Source of the DNA: Eledone cirrhosa
Taxonomy: Eukaryota
Direction: 5' to 3'
Assembly (NCBI GenBank): GCA_964016885.1
Contig: OZ024742.1
Location: 247,814,001-247,878,000 of the forward strand
Length of the DNA: 64,000 bases
In this document: positions 1-15,655 of the stretch, one piece after another
Layout of the letters: every line of letters begins with the position of its first letter
Position numbering within the stretch: position 1 is the first letter of the stretch
Position numbers and translations under genes: made by a program
The notes under the pieces: model-generated
Databases searched by the model: none
The model's input: only the letters and a program-made list of their open reading frames with translations
Told to the model about the DNA's origin: nothing

Positions 1-285
1 TATATTTTGTAATTAATATCGACTTCAAGGAAAGCCTACATGAATAACTTAACTGTGTAGGTTTCCTCTTGAAGAGTCTAATCTATCTGGGCAGTTGTCT
101 TAAATTAAGGCTATTCTTGCCGAAATATAATGTCACAACTACTTCACAACATGTGTGAGAACAACAAAAACTAATGTGCAAAATGTGTTATCCATCACCA
201 GTGACGGTTATTAGTGATACTTGTATATGTTGATTATACACAGATATACTCTATATATGGAACATTATGTTTTAGTGCTACTGTT

Positions 286-444
<159 letters not shown>

Positions 445-538
445 ATGGTGTATGCATAGGAATCTGTGAGTGTGTACTTTCTAGTGTAAGTATACATACA
501 TACGTACATACAGACACATCCACACACACACACATAAA

Positions 539-665
<127 letters not shown>

Positions 666-1020
666 GTGTGTGTAGATATATATGTAGGTATGTATACATT
701 TTTGCTGACAGTTCCAAAGACTAGCAACATGTCATATTTTATAACACATCCAAAACTGCAGGTTTTATTAAAAATTCTATCCACAATTGTACTGCTCCTC
801 CGTTGTTCATGAAATAAATATTAAAACTTATCAACGAAACAACAATAACAACAACAGTATCACAGCAACAACAGCAACATATTAAAAAAGTATTACGAAA
901 AAAAAAATACAAGGAAGACTGATGTAACATTTAAAATAGAAAATTTTTCTTCTTACGAATATTTGAAAGATATATGGTTGTAATGACTATGTAGTGTATA
1001 TCAGCATATATGTTTATACA

Positions 1021-1058
<38 letters not shown>

Positions 1059-1240
1059 TATATATATAGACATGTATATATATATATGCATGTATATGCA
1101 TATACATTTATTATAATATAAACTTATACATTGTAAACAATATACATACACACATATATATATACATATATATAATTACATATACATATATATATATATA
1201 TATAATTATATATATGTATATATATATATATATGTGTATT

Positions 1241-1332
<92 letters not shown>

Positions 1333-1549
1333 TATACATACATCCATATATACATATATGTATACACACACACATGTATATATATATATATACATACATA
1401 TATGTATGAGTAAGTTATATATAATGCTTGTTAAGGAATCGATGTATATGAAATATCCATAAATATCTAATTTCTTGTTTTCTTTTTTCTCTTCTCTTTG
1501 TAGGTAAGTTTTCCTCAAGAAACACCTATCAATATCGGAACATGCAAGT

Positions 1550-1621
<72 letters not shown>

Positions 1622-1935
1622 ACACGCAAATATACACGCCATTCATATGTACATATACGAACACACGTACAGACACACATATATATACATATATATATAC
1701 ATATATATATACATATATATATATATATACATATATATTTATAAGAGTGTGTGTCTGTATTTATGCACATGGACATATATATATATATATATGTTTTAGT
1801 GTATATTTTAAAGCGTGTCCGTGTATCTTAGCGAGTGTGTATATTATGAATTATGTTGTTAAACCGCTCTTGAATTAACTTCTAAGCTATTTTCGGAATA
1901 CCATACATATGCCAAGTAAGTAGTAACTTGTAAAA

Positions 1936-1984
<49 letters not shown>

Positions 1985-1985
1985 G

Positions 1986-2078
<93 letters not shown>

Positions 2079-3267
2079 ACAATGATAATAAAAATAATAG
2101 TAATAACAATAATTGTTAAATATTGGTCATGAAAAAATACAAAAACGTAAAACAAGAGAACAAAAAATATATATTATAAAATATTTCTTTATATTTCGCC
2201 ATTTTGTATTTAGTATGAAACTGTTTTTTTTTGTTTTATTTTCCACACATGTTAGTGTGTGTGTGAACATATATGCTTGTGTATGTGTGTGCTTATACGT
2301 TATGTGTGTGCGTATATATATGTGTTTGTGTGCGTATTTTGCAGATATTTTTTCATCTTTTGCTGATTCTATTCTAAATAGACTTTCAGATTTTACTCAG
2401 AATGGAATGTTGTTAGCGCGAAATAACAATAAGTATAGACAAAGCGGTTACCATAAGAAACATTCTAAACATTTGAAATTTAAAATGTTTATGTCCTAAA
2501 GGATATGGCAATATTAATACTTGATTACTATAACAATATTTGAGAAAAGCGTGTATAGTACCCTTGGAAACGAAACAGGGTGGACAGAGGTGACTGCGAG
2601 GAATTGAATCGGGGTTCTTAAGCGCAGTGTTTAACGCATCCACTGCCCACACGAGAAGTCCGAGATTCGATTCATCGCAGTTTGCGATGTTCATTTTTCC
2701 GTTTTGAGGAGTAATTTATACGATCTTCTTAGATAATGTTTATAGTTGTCCATTCCTATTATGATCATTTCAGTTGGGACATTCGAAACTCGATTCTTCG
2801 ATCTCATCTGTCAACTTTTTTCCGTATCCAGGATTACTTTGTCTGATTTTTTCAACTATTATTTTTAATGACCTACTATTATTATGATCATCTGCGTTGA
2901 GACGTAGACATTTCATCATATATGTATTTATATATATATATAGAGAGATATATACATTATAAAGAGTCGGGAGCCGGCGGCTGAGCGCTTGCCGTTTCAA
3001 CTTGTAGCTATAAATATGTCTGTATGGAAAAGAGTGAGAGAGAGAGAGAGAGAGAGAGGTAGAGAGAGAGAGAATGTGTGTGTGTATGTCTGTATGTAAA
3101 ATCCCGACCACGGATCCATGTGGTTTCGGCTTGTGACACGATCGGCCGTTTACATATCCTTGTACCTTCTTCTCCCCATGCATTGAGTACCCCCATGGGC
3201 TCAGCACAGCAGACATTCTCTCTTTATATACATACAAACACATAAACAAATGGTGGAATCTGTATTG

Positions 3268-3345
<78 letters not shown>

Positions 3346-3933
3346 AATTAATATATCTAGTAACATATATATACATACAGATGCATATCAATGCTAGCAA
3401 ATATATAGGTTTTGTCTTAATAACTTTGTGGTTCAATGCATGGGGTTGCAGAACAATAATATGAGAGACGTAAAATATGTACGTCCCTCATATATATATC
3501 TATATATATCTATATATACACATGTGTGTGTGCGTGTGTGTGTGTGTATGTGTGTATCTGGTTGTGTATAATATGCATGTGTGAATATGTTTAAATATTA
3601 TATAACATCTTTTCTATGTGTGTGTATATATGTATTTTATTCTCTCTAGTGATTCAGGTAACGAATTGTACTCAGGTGTAAATATAGCTTTAGGTGCTAT
3701 CTCTCTTTATTCTTATACGAAATTGCTGCTCCAGCTTACACAATTACCTCTCCTGTCTTTGACAACGCAATCAAATTATTTATATGTGGCAAATGTGGTT
3801 CAATGTTATATACTTTATATTTGTAAGAATTTTAATTGCTCTATTAAATATTCTTCCATTTTCATATGTTAAAAATCATTCTAGTGTTGTCATATCAACA
3901 CATACACACATTCTTTCTCCATGTGTGCATGTA

Positions 3934-4022
<89 letters not shown>

Positions 4023-4131
4023 TATTATAAATGTAAGCTATCACCGTATATTGACTAAAGAAATTAAAGAAATTATTTAGCCTGATAGTGGGGTTAAGAA
4101 CCCTCGGAGAAATGGAAAAAGATGAGTATTG

Positions 4132-4223
<92 letters not shown>

Positions 4224-4373
4224 ATATATATATAGATAGACATTCGTATGTATATATATATATGTATTTTATGTATGTATATATAACAAATATATATATG
4301 CATATGTATATGTATATATATATGTATATATATAGGTATATATACATATGTATATATATATATGTATTTTATG

Positions 4374-4434
<61 letters not shown>

Positions 4435-4609
4435 CTGTATGCATGTATATATTATATACACCCATATATAGTTGACGTTATCACTTAGAGTTTAAATATT
4501 TCATTTTATTAACGCTAAACAAGGAGTCTTGCTACTCTCTTACACAGCTGAGATACAGTCGAAACGCCAAAGTAACAGGACTCCCTATTTAGCTTTAATA
4601 ATAATAATA

Positions 4610-4752
4610 ATTGTTTCTACTTTAGGCACACGGCCAGCAATTACTCAGTGCATTACTGGTACTTTATTTTATCGACCCCGTAAGATCGTAAAGGGACGTA
4701 ACTATACTGGAAAGCATGGCGTCCGACCCTCTACCGATACTGCCAATCCACC
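4610..4752 (-). mobile_element. SINE family A (internal deletion)
   Basis: Reverse complement of the family A head and tail. Confidence 0.8.
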
Positions 4753-4954
4753 AATAATAATATATATGTATATATGTATATATATATATATATATATACG
4801 TGTATATATATATATTTATATCACCTTGATCAACTTGACCAACCAGTCTGTCGGGTGCCATCCGGCGCCGCTGATCATAGCTCGTGCTGTTTTAGCCATA
4901 CCATGACGCCATACCATGACGCCATACCATGAGGCCATCCCACTGGCTGGGCGG

Positions 4955-5250
4955 GCAGGCCGTAAGTCTAAAGTCTGTCTTAAGCCAGAAGGCTCATTTG
5001 GCCGGTGCTTATCCCGGTTTCATGGCGTGAAGCGACTGAGAGTACAAGACTCCTCCCTGGACAGGATGCCAGTCCATCGCAGGGTTAAACCTCCAGCTAT
5101 TGCTGGTACTCATTTTCAGCTCAGTAAACTGGAGCAACGTGAAATAAAGTGTCTTGCTCAACGAAATAGCATATCACCCGCTCCGAGAATTTAACTCACA
5201 ACCTTTCGATTGCAAGCCTACTGCTCTAACCACTAAGCCATGCACCTTCA
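4955..5250 (-). mobile_element. tRNA-derived SINE family B
   Basis: Reverse complement of GGCTTAGTGGTTAG head and TTGAGCAAGACACTTTATTTCACGTTGCTCC core. Same family as 49990-50250. Confidence 0.8.
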
Positions 5251-5261
5251 CACACACGCAC

Positions 5262-5295
<34 letters not shown>

Positions 5296-5330
5296 GTATA
5301 TATATGTATATATATATGTATATATATATG

Positions 5331-5370
<40 letters not shown>

Positions 5371-5374
5371 AATA

Positions 5375-5817
5375 AAAGAAGGTAAGATTAATTGAAATGT
5401 TCTACACGAGTAAACATATTTGGAAAAGAAATTCAAAATACAACTGAAGTCTTTTAAGAATATTTATTTACTTTAACGGTTTCACAGTCATTATGATTAT
5501 CAAGAATGGTCTGACGCCATGCTTTGCAGAAAAGAGTTACGACCCTTTATGGTTGAGTTCGAATCCCGCCGAGGTCAACGTTGCCTTTCATCCTTACGGT
5601 GTCGATAATATAAAGTACGAGTAATAGACTGGGATAATTGCTGGCCTTATGCCAAAAGTAGAAACAATAATGATTATCAAGAAGTAAAATTGAGATGGAC
5701 GGTTTCTGTGTCTGTTGAAACACAAACCCTCCACCTCAGTTTTACTTTAGATAATCATATGAACTATTAAAGTAAATAAATATTCATAAAAGACTGCAGT
5801 TGCATTTTCAATTTCCT

Positions 5818-5820
<3 letters not shown>
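5375..5820. mobile_element. Older copy of the 23337 palindromic family, interrupted by a SINE
   Basis: Shares CTACACGAGT, CAACTGAAGTCTT and GAGATGGA.GG motifs. Inverted arms. (TA)n flanks. Confidence 0.7.
5507..5669 (+). mobile_element. SINE family A, 5'-truncated, with 14-bp TSD
   Basis: GAGTTCGAATCCC B-box. TSD ATGATTATCAAGAA at 5493-5506 and 5670-5683. Confidence 0.88.
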
Positions 5821-5888
<68 letters not shown>

Positions 5889-6152
5889 TCGAGTGTGTGT
5901 TGCGTAATTACCAAGACTTCAGTATGCAGGGTAGTACAGTCGACGAAGTGCACAGGTGGGTCTGGCTCATACAAAAATATCGAAATACCAGAAGTAAGGT
6001 TTATTCTATCGTTATATCTCTCTGTCTTTTTTGTTCAAATTCTTGGTGTCTGATGAAGTCATAGCTGTTGCATAACGGCTATCACCAAAATATAAATAAC
6101 ACCGACCACGAACAAACAAAGTTAATTTTAACCTGCTGATTTACACTTCTTG

Positions 6153-6227
<75 letters not shown>

Positions 6228-7321
6228 GCACGTGTGTGTGCGTGTGTATGTTTTGTGTGTGTGTGTGTTTGTACTTTTATTAGCAGCAATTGTCATGCTA
6301 GTACGAAAAATTCGACCCCTATCGATATAATTGTGGCAATCAATTCAACATTGTGATACTAGAAATGTGTTGGTGTTATCAAACTGCTAACATTTATGTC
6401 ACTTATATATTGAACTGGAACAACTGTATTTTCAACTGGGACAAATTTATATATTGTAATGGATTTCTTTTTTTATACATTGTTTTATCGTTTTTCTTAT
6501 TCCAGTTACAACCATATTTGTGTCTTTGTGTTATCTGTAGAGGGAAGCTTTTGTGTGTGCGTGTGTGTGTTTATGTTTTGTTATGTCTCGGTATGTGTTT
6601 GTGTGTCAATTCGTGCGTATGCCACTTTTTTTTTATTGTTTCTACGTATGTGAGTGTGTACTATAGGGTGTTTATGTATTCCTCGTCAATTCACTAAAGA
6701 AAGACAGAAGAAATAAGGTGACAATTCCAGTCTAAGTATGTGAGTGTGTTTGTTATTGATGATTAACATTATGACAACTTTAATAGTGCCAATGAAAAAT
6801 AATAGGGCATCCACCTATGACAATCCAGTAACGTGTCCTTCATTCTTTAAAGAATATTACATGTGAATTTTAGTTTCTTTTCCTATGTAAAAGCCGCTAC
6901 CGCCACCAACACAATAACCAAATCATGTGCAATCTCAAACCAACACACCGACACCCTCATCCTCAACGATAGAGCCTTTATGGTGTCAACCTATTTACTA
7001 AAAAAAGAAAAATAACAGCTATACATAACGTAATTCATATCCACCAATATTAAAACATATTATGTAGTCATACACACTCATAAAAAGAGAGGTTGGCCAA
7101 GACTGGAAAGTCTTTGATCAAAGATATACTCGATCAATACTAAGCAGCATCATAAGTATCATCATCATCCTCATCATCACGATCATCATCATCCTCTTCA
7201 TCCTCATCATTATCATCATCATCATCATCATTATCATCATCGTCAACAATATTATCACCATTCTGATTAACATTATCATCATTATTAAGAACAATGGAAC
7301 CAACAGTAGCAGCAATTGCAC

Positions 7322-7361
<40 letters not shown>

Positions 7362-7916
7362 GTAGGAGTAGGAGGAGGAGGAGGAGGAGGTGGAGGAGGG
7401 GGGGGAGCTTTTGTTGTTGTTGGAGCAGCAGCACAAGCAGCTGCCGCTAATGACACAACAACAGCAGTGACACTAACAGGCGTAATGGCAGTAGCAGTGG
7501 CGGCAGCAACGGTAGTGTTAATAATTGTACCATCAGCAGTAGAAGTAGTATTAGTAGCAGCAGCAGTAGCAGCAGTATAATTAAGAAATATTACTGTGCC
7601 ACTGAAGCAAAGAAAAAAGGCAGAAATGAAAATAACTTTTCAAATTAGTTGAAAATTAAATGAGAAAATAAATAAATAAAAATGTCGGTGGTGATCTTCA
7701 ACTTTGGTGTTGGAATTACTAAAGTGGCTAATTGTCTCTTCAAGAATGCCAGCGTAATGGAGTGGAGGAGAGGATTACTGAAGTAGGGTGGTGGTGGTAA
7801 TAGGAGTGTGGGTTGATACATGTAAAGAGTTACATGTCTTGAGAAAAAACTATATATATATATATTTATACACACATATACACACACACACATATGCACA
7901 CACATGCGCGCGCGTG

Positions 7917-7949
<33 letters not shown>

Positions 7950-7974
7950 GAATATATATATATATATATATCGA

Positions 7975-8180
7975 CAGTCGATTGACTTTCATCAAATAGT
8001 ACCGAGGAAACAATGTTTCCATTGGTCTTTCCAATTGCTATTAATATCTATCGGTCGCAATTCCAGGTAGAAGGAGCAACTTGAAATAAAGTGTCCTGCA
8101 CAAGGACACAACGCATCACCCTGTTCGGGAATCGAAATCACAAACTCACGATTGCGAATCCAATTCTCTAACTACTCCGC
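7975..8180 (-). mobile_element. SINE family C
   Basis: Reverse complement of 31309-31530. Confidence 0.8.
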
Positions 8181-8424
8181 AGAAATGGTAAAGGAACACA
8201 ATGTTAAGTATATATATATATATATACACATAAATTCGCTGGATAGACTACCCAGCGAATTTCAACCGTTGAGGTTGTCTTTTTTGCGGGTATGTCAATA
8301 TTTATTTATAAAACAATCTGTATTTTATCTGATGGAAGCGCACCATAATTTACCTTGGTCGCCCTTGAAATATATTTAATAAAATAATTATGGTTTTATA
8401 AATATAGTTTCCATTTATTAATAT

Positions 8425-8987
<563 letters not shown>

Positions 8988-9197
8988 AATGGCTTGCTGC
9001 GTGGTTGCACATGGGTTACATATGAATAAAATTAGTCCTTCATCAGTGATCTTCCAGCCTTCATTGGTATTTCTTCGTTTTAAAGATCATATACCTCTGG
9101 TTGGTGCGAGCAATAACTAAATAAAGTTATTGGGACAAGTAAAATAGGGTGAAGCGAGCGAGACATGTAAACAAACAAAGATGGTAATGCAACGGAA

Positions 9198-9242
<45 letters not shown>

Positions 9243-9764
9243 TGTAAAAGGTAAACAGAAATAACAACACAATCGGTACAGTACATGAAAGGTATATATT
9301 AGGTTAACGCATGATATAGCAGGATGAAGGTCTTAAATAAGAAATAAGATAGATTTAGGAGGCGGGCGGGATGTAATTGGAAAAAATGTTTTTAGATAAT
9401 AATAACAGGTCCATTTATGTTGACATCATACATAAATGTGTGTATGTGTATACATATATATATGTGTGTATGTGTGTATGAATGTATATTCTTATTTGTT
9501 TATGTTTATGGATATGTGCATGTATGTATATCTGTGTATGTATATCTGCATGTATGTATATATGTATGTATATCTGTGTATACATGTATTTTTCCGTTAT
9601 TTTTATTCAGCCTCTGTTTCATTTTTTAATAGATTTTAATTTCAAATCTTATATCCATAGCATATTCCATCTGATGTGCGTAGTGGACGTTTCTGTTAAG
9701 ATCGCCTAGTTTCCCGAAACCTTTGGTAATGGAATGATTATATTGTATTATGTAATTAAATATA

Positions 9765-9950
9765 ATTGGCGGTGAATGGGCAGTATGGGTAGAGGGTCGG
9801 ACGCCATGCTTTTAGCATAGTTACGTCCCTTTACAGTCTGAGTTCAAATACCGCAGAGGTTAACTTTGCCTTTCATCCTTACGGGGTCAATAAAATAAAG
9901 TACCAGCAATGTACTGTGTAATTGCTGGCCTTGTGCCCAAAGTAGAAACA
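9765..9950 (+). mobile_element. tRNA-derived SINE family A, full length, with TSD
   Basis: GGCGGTG..GGTAGAG A-box-like head, GAGTTCAAAT B-box and GCCTTTCATCC core. TSD ATTATGTAATTAAATATA at 9747-9764 and 9951-9968. Confidence 0.88.
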
Positions 9951-9960
9951 ATTATGTAAT

Positions 9961-10039
<79 letters not shown>

Positions 10040-10043
<4 letters not shown>

Positions 10044-10258
10044 GTATATCTGTGAGGGATGAACACAGATATAAGTATACATGTGTTCCAATTACCTTCT
10101 ATAGGTTTGTTATTTTTATTGAATTATTACTTTAAATCGAGTCAGGCAAACCATATTGTTTTAAATTAGTATTTTTCAACCTAGCTAACTTGGTCATTTG
10201 CAATTGGAACACATGTATACTTGTATCTGTGTTCATCCCTCACGTATATCCAATTATA
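10040..10258. repeat. Inverted repeat (~55-bp arms), MITE- or fold-back-like
   Basis: GTGAGGGATGAACACAGATATAAGTATACATGTGTTCCAATT / AATTGGAACACATGTATACTTGTATCTGTGTTCATCCCTCAC. Confidence 0.8.
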
Positions 10259-10332
10259 TTCCACGGCTCGGAAGATTCCCTTCTTTCAGCTACCTAATTT
10301 AAAAGACTATTTTGAGTTTATAACACAATATA

Positions 10333-10425
<93 letters not shown>

Positions 10426-10527
10426 TAGATAGATAGATAGATAGATATAGTTTTCCATATCCGCTGTGACCAGTCTTTTCTCTTTCCTTTTTCCTATCAA
10501 CTCACCCCTTTCTCTCTCTTTCACCCG

Positions 10528-10643
10528 TATGGGTGAAAGGCAAAATTAACCTCGACCAGATTTGAACTCAGACTGTAAAGGGATGTAATTATGCTGGAAA
10601 GCATGGTGTTCCGCCGTCTAGCGATACTACCAATTCAACGCCC

Positions 10644-10644
<1 letters not shown>
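10528..10644 (-). mobile_element. SINE family A 5' half
   Basis: GAAAGGCAAA..TTTGAACTCAG..AATTCAACGCC is the reverse complement of the head. Confidence 0.75.
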
Positions 10645-10681
<37 letters not shown>

Positions 10682-10684
10682 GTT

Positions 10685-12830
10685 TCATTTATTGGCCATA
10701 AGGACATATAGGGGACAATACAAAAGACAAGGACAGTGGGGCTTTATTTTTACAATGTGTAAACAATATAAGTAATAATAAAAAAATAACAATAATGATA
10801 CAAGGAAAATTTACCCAGAGTTCACTCAGGTACCTCACCAAACCTGAACCACCCGACGCTTCGAGAGCACCTGGGACGGGCACACTTCTCCTCAAATTCA
10901 CAAACCTACAGGCGCATGATCAGAGTAGGCCCACTCACACGGGCCATTCACCCCACATTCACCCACCTTTCAGCAAATGTACTGGGGGGGGGGGGGCACT
11001 TCTCTCTCCACCCTCACCTTCCTTTCCACGTAAAACTTGAAAAAGTTGATGAGGGATTGGCCGAAGAGAAAAGTGTCTGTCTTCAGTCTTTTCAATCTGG
11101 TCCACCATATAACCTCTTTCGCAACTGGCACCAGACAGAGGAAAATTGCCTGCCCTTCCTGGCCAAAGGAAAGCGGCGGGTCAATCTTCAATATGGACTC
11201 GGCCGATAGCCGGATCGGTTCTACACGCGACAATAGCTGATCGACATAACTCCACAAGTCAGTGATACACGGACATTGGACAAGGGCGTGCAAAACGGTT
11301 TCGTCGCTCTGTGCGCATCTCGGACAGGTCCGTCTGACAGCACTTCCGTGCCTGTAGCGTTTATCCCAAACCGGCATTCCCCCCCCCCCCCTCCGTAGCA
11401 CTGCCAAGCGTGGGATTTCTGGAAGTTGTCCATTGTCCCAGACTCACAAGCTCTCCGGAACAGACTGGTCAGTTTGACTTCGTCGAGGCCCAAAGCTTCT
11501 CCGAGTGCGTCATCGAACTTGTCCACCACTAAACCTCTATATAACTCGAGAGTGTACGTTCCACTGATCGCCTTGCCCGCTTGGTAGAGGGCAGTGAGTG
11601 CCTGGCAACATTCCAGGTGCCAGGCCAGTCAACTAGTCTCGGTCTCTTCTTGACCTATGTTGCAGCTCAGTCAAGGTAACGAGCTGCGGAAAGGCCCGTC
11701 TGATAAACGGCGACCACACCAGTTCACCGTTTAGGCAGAATATCTGGAGATGTCGCAGCCTCAGCACATATCTGCGCATTGTTAGCCACCGCTTGCCCAG
11801 CTCTCCGCGTAGAGAGTGCTGGTAGCAGATGGACAGCCTCACCAACGAGACTTGTCCTCTCCAAAAGAATTTGAAGAGGAGCCGTTTCAACTTGGCGAGG
11901 CGCGGACGGGGGCAAGGCATGACGGTCCGGCGGTAGTAGATGACGGACGCGATGTACCCATTCGCCACCTCCGCGCGTCCTTTCAGTGATAGCTTCCTAG
12001 CAACCCATTTTTGGGTGAGACTGGCTACCCTGCTCGATACCTCGTCCCACTTCTTTTCCACCTAGTGGTCTGGTCCGAACCAAACCCTGAGCAAATTTAC
12101 CGGTCCATCCGTCTAGTTACCACGACGCTGTTGGACGTCATGGACTTGCCTCTCCAGGTGCCGAGCTGCAAGCCCACCGACTATTCCGGGTTAAGTTTGG
12201 CTCCTGTCAACCTTTCATATTCCTTCAAAAATGTGCCGACCACCTCAATTTCCGAGGTGTCTACAACATCACGGTGATGTCGTCCGCATAAGCCGACACA
12301 GCCCTTCCGCGTCCCAGTTCAAGCGGGATGCCCTGCAACAGCTTCAGCTTCCGCAGTAAAGGCTCGAAAGTCAATACGTACAGAAGGGAAGAGAGAGGGC
12401 ACCCTTGACGGATCGATCGGGAGACCCGAAACGGTTCCGAGGGGTGGCCATTAAGCTTAACCACCGAGTAGGTGCCGCTGTGCATTGCAGCGATCCAGCT
12501 TCTGAAGACAGGGCTGAAGCCAGCTTTATTGAGGACAGCCTCCAGACACCGATGGTCGACCCTATCGAATACTTTCGATTGATCTAAATTGATCAGTGTC
12601 CCACCGAAGCCAGGTTTACACGCTACCCTCACTATGATGTATCACATGAGGTGGAGGTTGTCATGTATGGACTTGGTTGGGATTGCGCAAGCTTGCCCCT
12701 ACCCAACTAAAACCTCGGTTGGGGAACCGCAAACTTGTGCAATCCTAACCAGGTCCATACATGACAACCTCCACCTCATGCGATACATCATAGAGAGGGT
12801 AGGGTGTCAATCTGGCTTCAGTGGAGCACA
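10685..12830 (-). mobile_element. 5'-truncated, frameshifted Tx1-clade LINE copy (RT to 3' UTR) with a fold-back duplication at its 5' end
   Basis: Minus ORFs 12261-12632 (LDQSKVFDRV, RQGCPLS, AYADD), 11633-12061, 11221-11529 and 10970-11407 (CPRC..ETVLHALVQC) are collinear with ORF2 at 18054. Minus-strand AATAAA near 10690 is followed by a (TTA)n tail. Confidence 0.92.
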
Positions 12831-13090
12831 ATAATAACAATGATATTGGTTTCTGCTATAGGCACAAAGCCAGCAATTTTGGGAGAGGGGAATCTGGATT
12901 AAATTGACCCCAGTGCGTGACTCGCTCTTTTTTTAATCGACCCTGTGATAATAAGGAGTTGCCAACATAGAATCATTATTTTCCTTCCCGTGTGACGCGC
13001 GTTTCGCGTTCTATCAGAATCGTAACCATGAAGAAACATGAAGAAACAAAATGATGCTATTTTGATACTCGTCCTTACTCATTATTATTA

Positions 13091-13240
13091 AGGGTCGGAC
13101 GCCATGCTTTGACACATAGAGTTACCTTCTTTTCCATCTAAGTTCAAATCACACCGAGGTTAACTTTGCCTTTCATCCTAAAATAAAGTACCAGTAATGC
13201 ACTGGGATAAGTGCTGGCCTTGTGCCAAAAGTAGAAATAA
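13091..13240 (+). mobile_element. SINE family A
   Basis: AGGGTCGGACGCCATGC..GCCTTTCATCC..AGTAGAAA, with ATTATTATTAA on both sides. Confidence 0.8.
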
Positions 13241-13518
13241 TTATTATTAACACTCTGCCTCTTAAAGCTACCGACTACTGTGTAATAACCAATGTATAAT
13301 ACCACATCGGCAACCGGACTCACCTAGGCGTCGAGTGGTGAATGTGATGAAACAATAGGAACTCAATATTATATACTCTCTACATTCCCAAGTATCTAAT
13401 TATTAGATGATCATGATCTTAAAAGTCGAAACTGGTAACTCTGAATCTCTCTCTCTCTGTCTCTATCTCTCTCTCTCCCTCTCTGGTTCTCTCTCTCTCT
13501 TTAGACATATGTGTTTTG

Positions 13519-13556
<38 letters not shown>

Positions 13557-13868
13557 TCTTAGACAGGAACAAAAACAGAGAGCCAGTGAGTTTATTAGGT
13601 CACGCTTGTGAGAGTGGGAGGGGGGCATTTCGGGGATAAGCCCTTCATCAGGAGAAAAGTGGGTAGGAAGAGAGTTCCGAGGGTGTGTATGTGGGGTGGG
13701 GGAAGACATTTAGAAAAACACACACAAACACACACAAACAAACACACACACAGACACACACACACACATATATATATATATAAATATATATACACATATA
13801 TGTATATATATATATATAAACACACACCTCTCTCTCACAATATATGTATATTTTGGTTATATATGTGC

Positions 13869-13913
<45 letters not shown>

Positions 13914-13934
13914 TGTGTATATATATTTATATAA

Positions 13935-13974
<40 letters not shown>

Positions 13975-14330
13975 GTGAGTGTTTGTGTGTATGTATAAGT
14001 CCTGGGTTCAATCGAAGATAACCATAGTACATACGTTACTCAATACTTTAGTAGAGTGTAAACATGTCATCCAGTAATGTTAAGACGCGGTGCTACGCTT
14101 CCACCCACTCTTTCAAACGAAACGGCACTCAGCGCCTGTGTGTGGGATTTGAAGAAAATTCCCACCGGCTTTACGCTCCAATGGAAAATATTCCAGTGGG
14201 CGCGTTCATACATAGGCGGGTATAAATGCTGTGACTTATGTATTTTTGAGAGCTAAGAAATATTATTTGTCAAGTTTCTCACCCTGAAAAAAACACTCCG
14301 AACACTGTCCGAACTGCATGCACAAAATCT

Positions 14331-14520
14331 ATGCAACGTACACATCTTACTAACCAGTTCTATCCCGAGAACGATAGTGTGTCAGTACATTTTACTCAAC
14401 AAAGCATCCGTCCACCTTCCTTGAAGATATGCAACGTACACATCTTACAAACCAGTTATGTCCCTAGAACGATAGTTTAGTCAGTACATTTTATTCAAGA
14501 AAGCATCCCTCCACTTCCTT
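14331..14520. repeat. Direct tandem duplication, ~98-bp unit x2
   Basis: ATGCAACGTACACATCTTAC at 14331 and ~14430. Confidence 0.8.
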
Positions 14521-14691
14521 CTAACCCCATTCCCCACCATTCCACCAACCTACTAATACAAGTATTAGTCTTCTTCTTCTTCTTCTTCTTCTTCTTCTTC
14601 TTCTTCTTCTTCTTCTTCTTCTTCTTCTTCTTCTTCTCCTCATCCTGCTTGTGTAAGTGTGTATGTATCTATGCATGTATATGTTTGTATG

Positions 14692-14731
<40 letters not shown>

Positions 14732-15155
14732 AATATATATATATGTATATATACACACACACAGACACATATATATATATGTCGTAACTATTGTTGCTGA
14801 AAATTCCACCAGCCTTACCACTAATTAATTTGACAGGTGTCAAATACCCATTGATACCAAAAGTTCTTTGGCCAGAGACTGACAATTATCATTCAGTCAT
14901 ATAATACCTTTGTTTATTTAGAATAAAGGACTCAGTTGACATTCGTGTGTATGCGTGTGTGTATGGGTACATTAGTGTGAATGTGAAACTTACTTTTATC
15001 AGTGTCATCTTATTATTGTATATATTTCTAAAATTAGAATTTTCAAAGAATTCCTCTTCTTTAAAATCCCTTGGCTAATAACCTCTACACATCGCCTACA
15101 ATTACCACCTTTCGTAAGCACCAGAAACATATAAATGCAAACGTTTTACAAGTTG

Positions 15156-15204
15156 GCTTCCCTGATGATTTCATTTGAATGAAACAGTTCTCATTCTATA
15201 GAAG
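15156..15204 (+). ncRNA. Hammerhead-like motif (slightly decayed)
   Basis: CTTCC-CTGATGA-TTTCA tt TGAAT-GAAA-CAGTTCTCATTCTA-TA-GAAG. A related decayed copy lies at ~25403-25450 minus. Confidence 0.55.
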
Positions 15205-15359
15205 GCATTTTTATATTAATCATGATATATATATATATTTCAATGTATATATATATAGATATATATATCTATCTATATATATATGAGGACGTTTTTCGTA
15301 TTCGTCTTATTCGGGAAACCTCTGGTAATGAGGTAATTATATTGTATTGTTTATTATAC

Positions 15360-15422
<63 letters not shown>

Positions 15423-15430
<8 letters not shown>

Positions 15431-15655
15431 ATACTTTGGGAGGGTCATGTTGCCCATAAGAAACACACGCACCAGTTATTTTCACTTCAATTTATTATAA
15501 ATTAAATTTATAAGTTTATAAATTTCCGGTTGGTTGGTTGGTTCCACAACCAGACGATTGTTCATATATTGGCAACATGACCCTCCCAAAGTATTACAAT
15601 ATCGGTTTCAACACACGTTTTCACACAAAGAATCTTGGTAAACAAATTCAGAATC

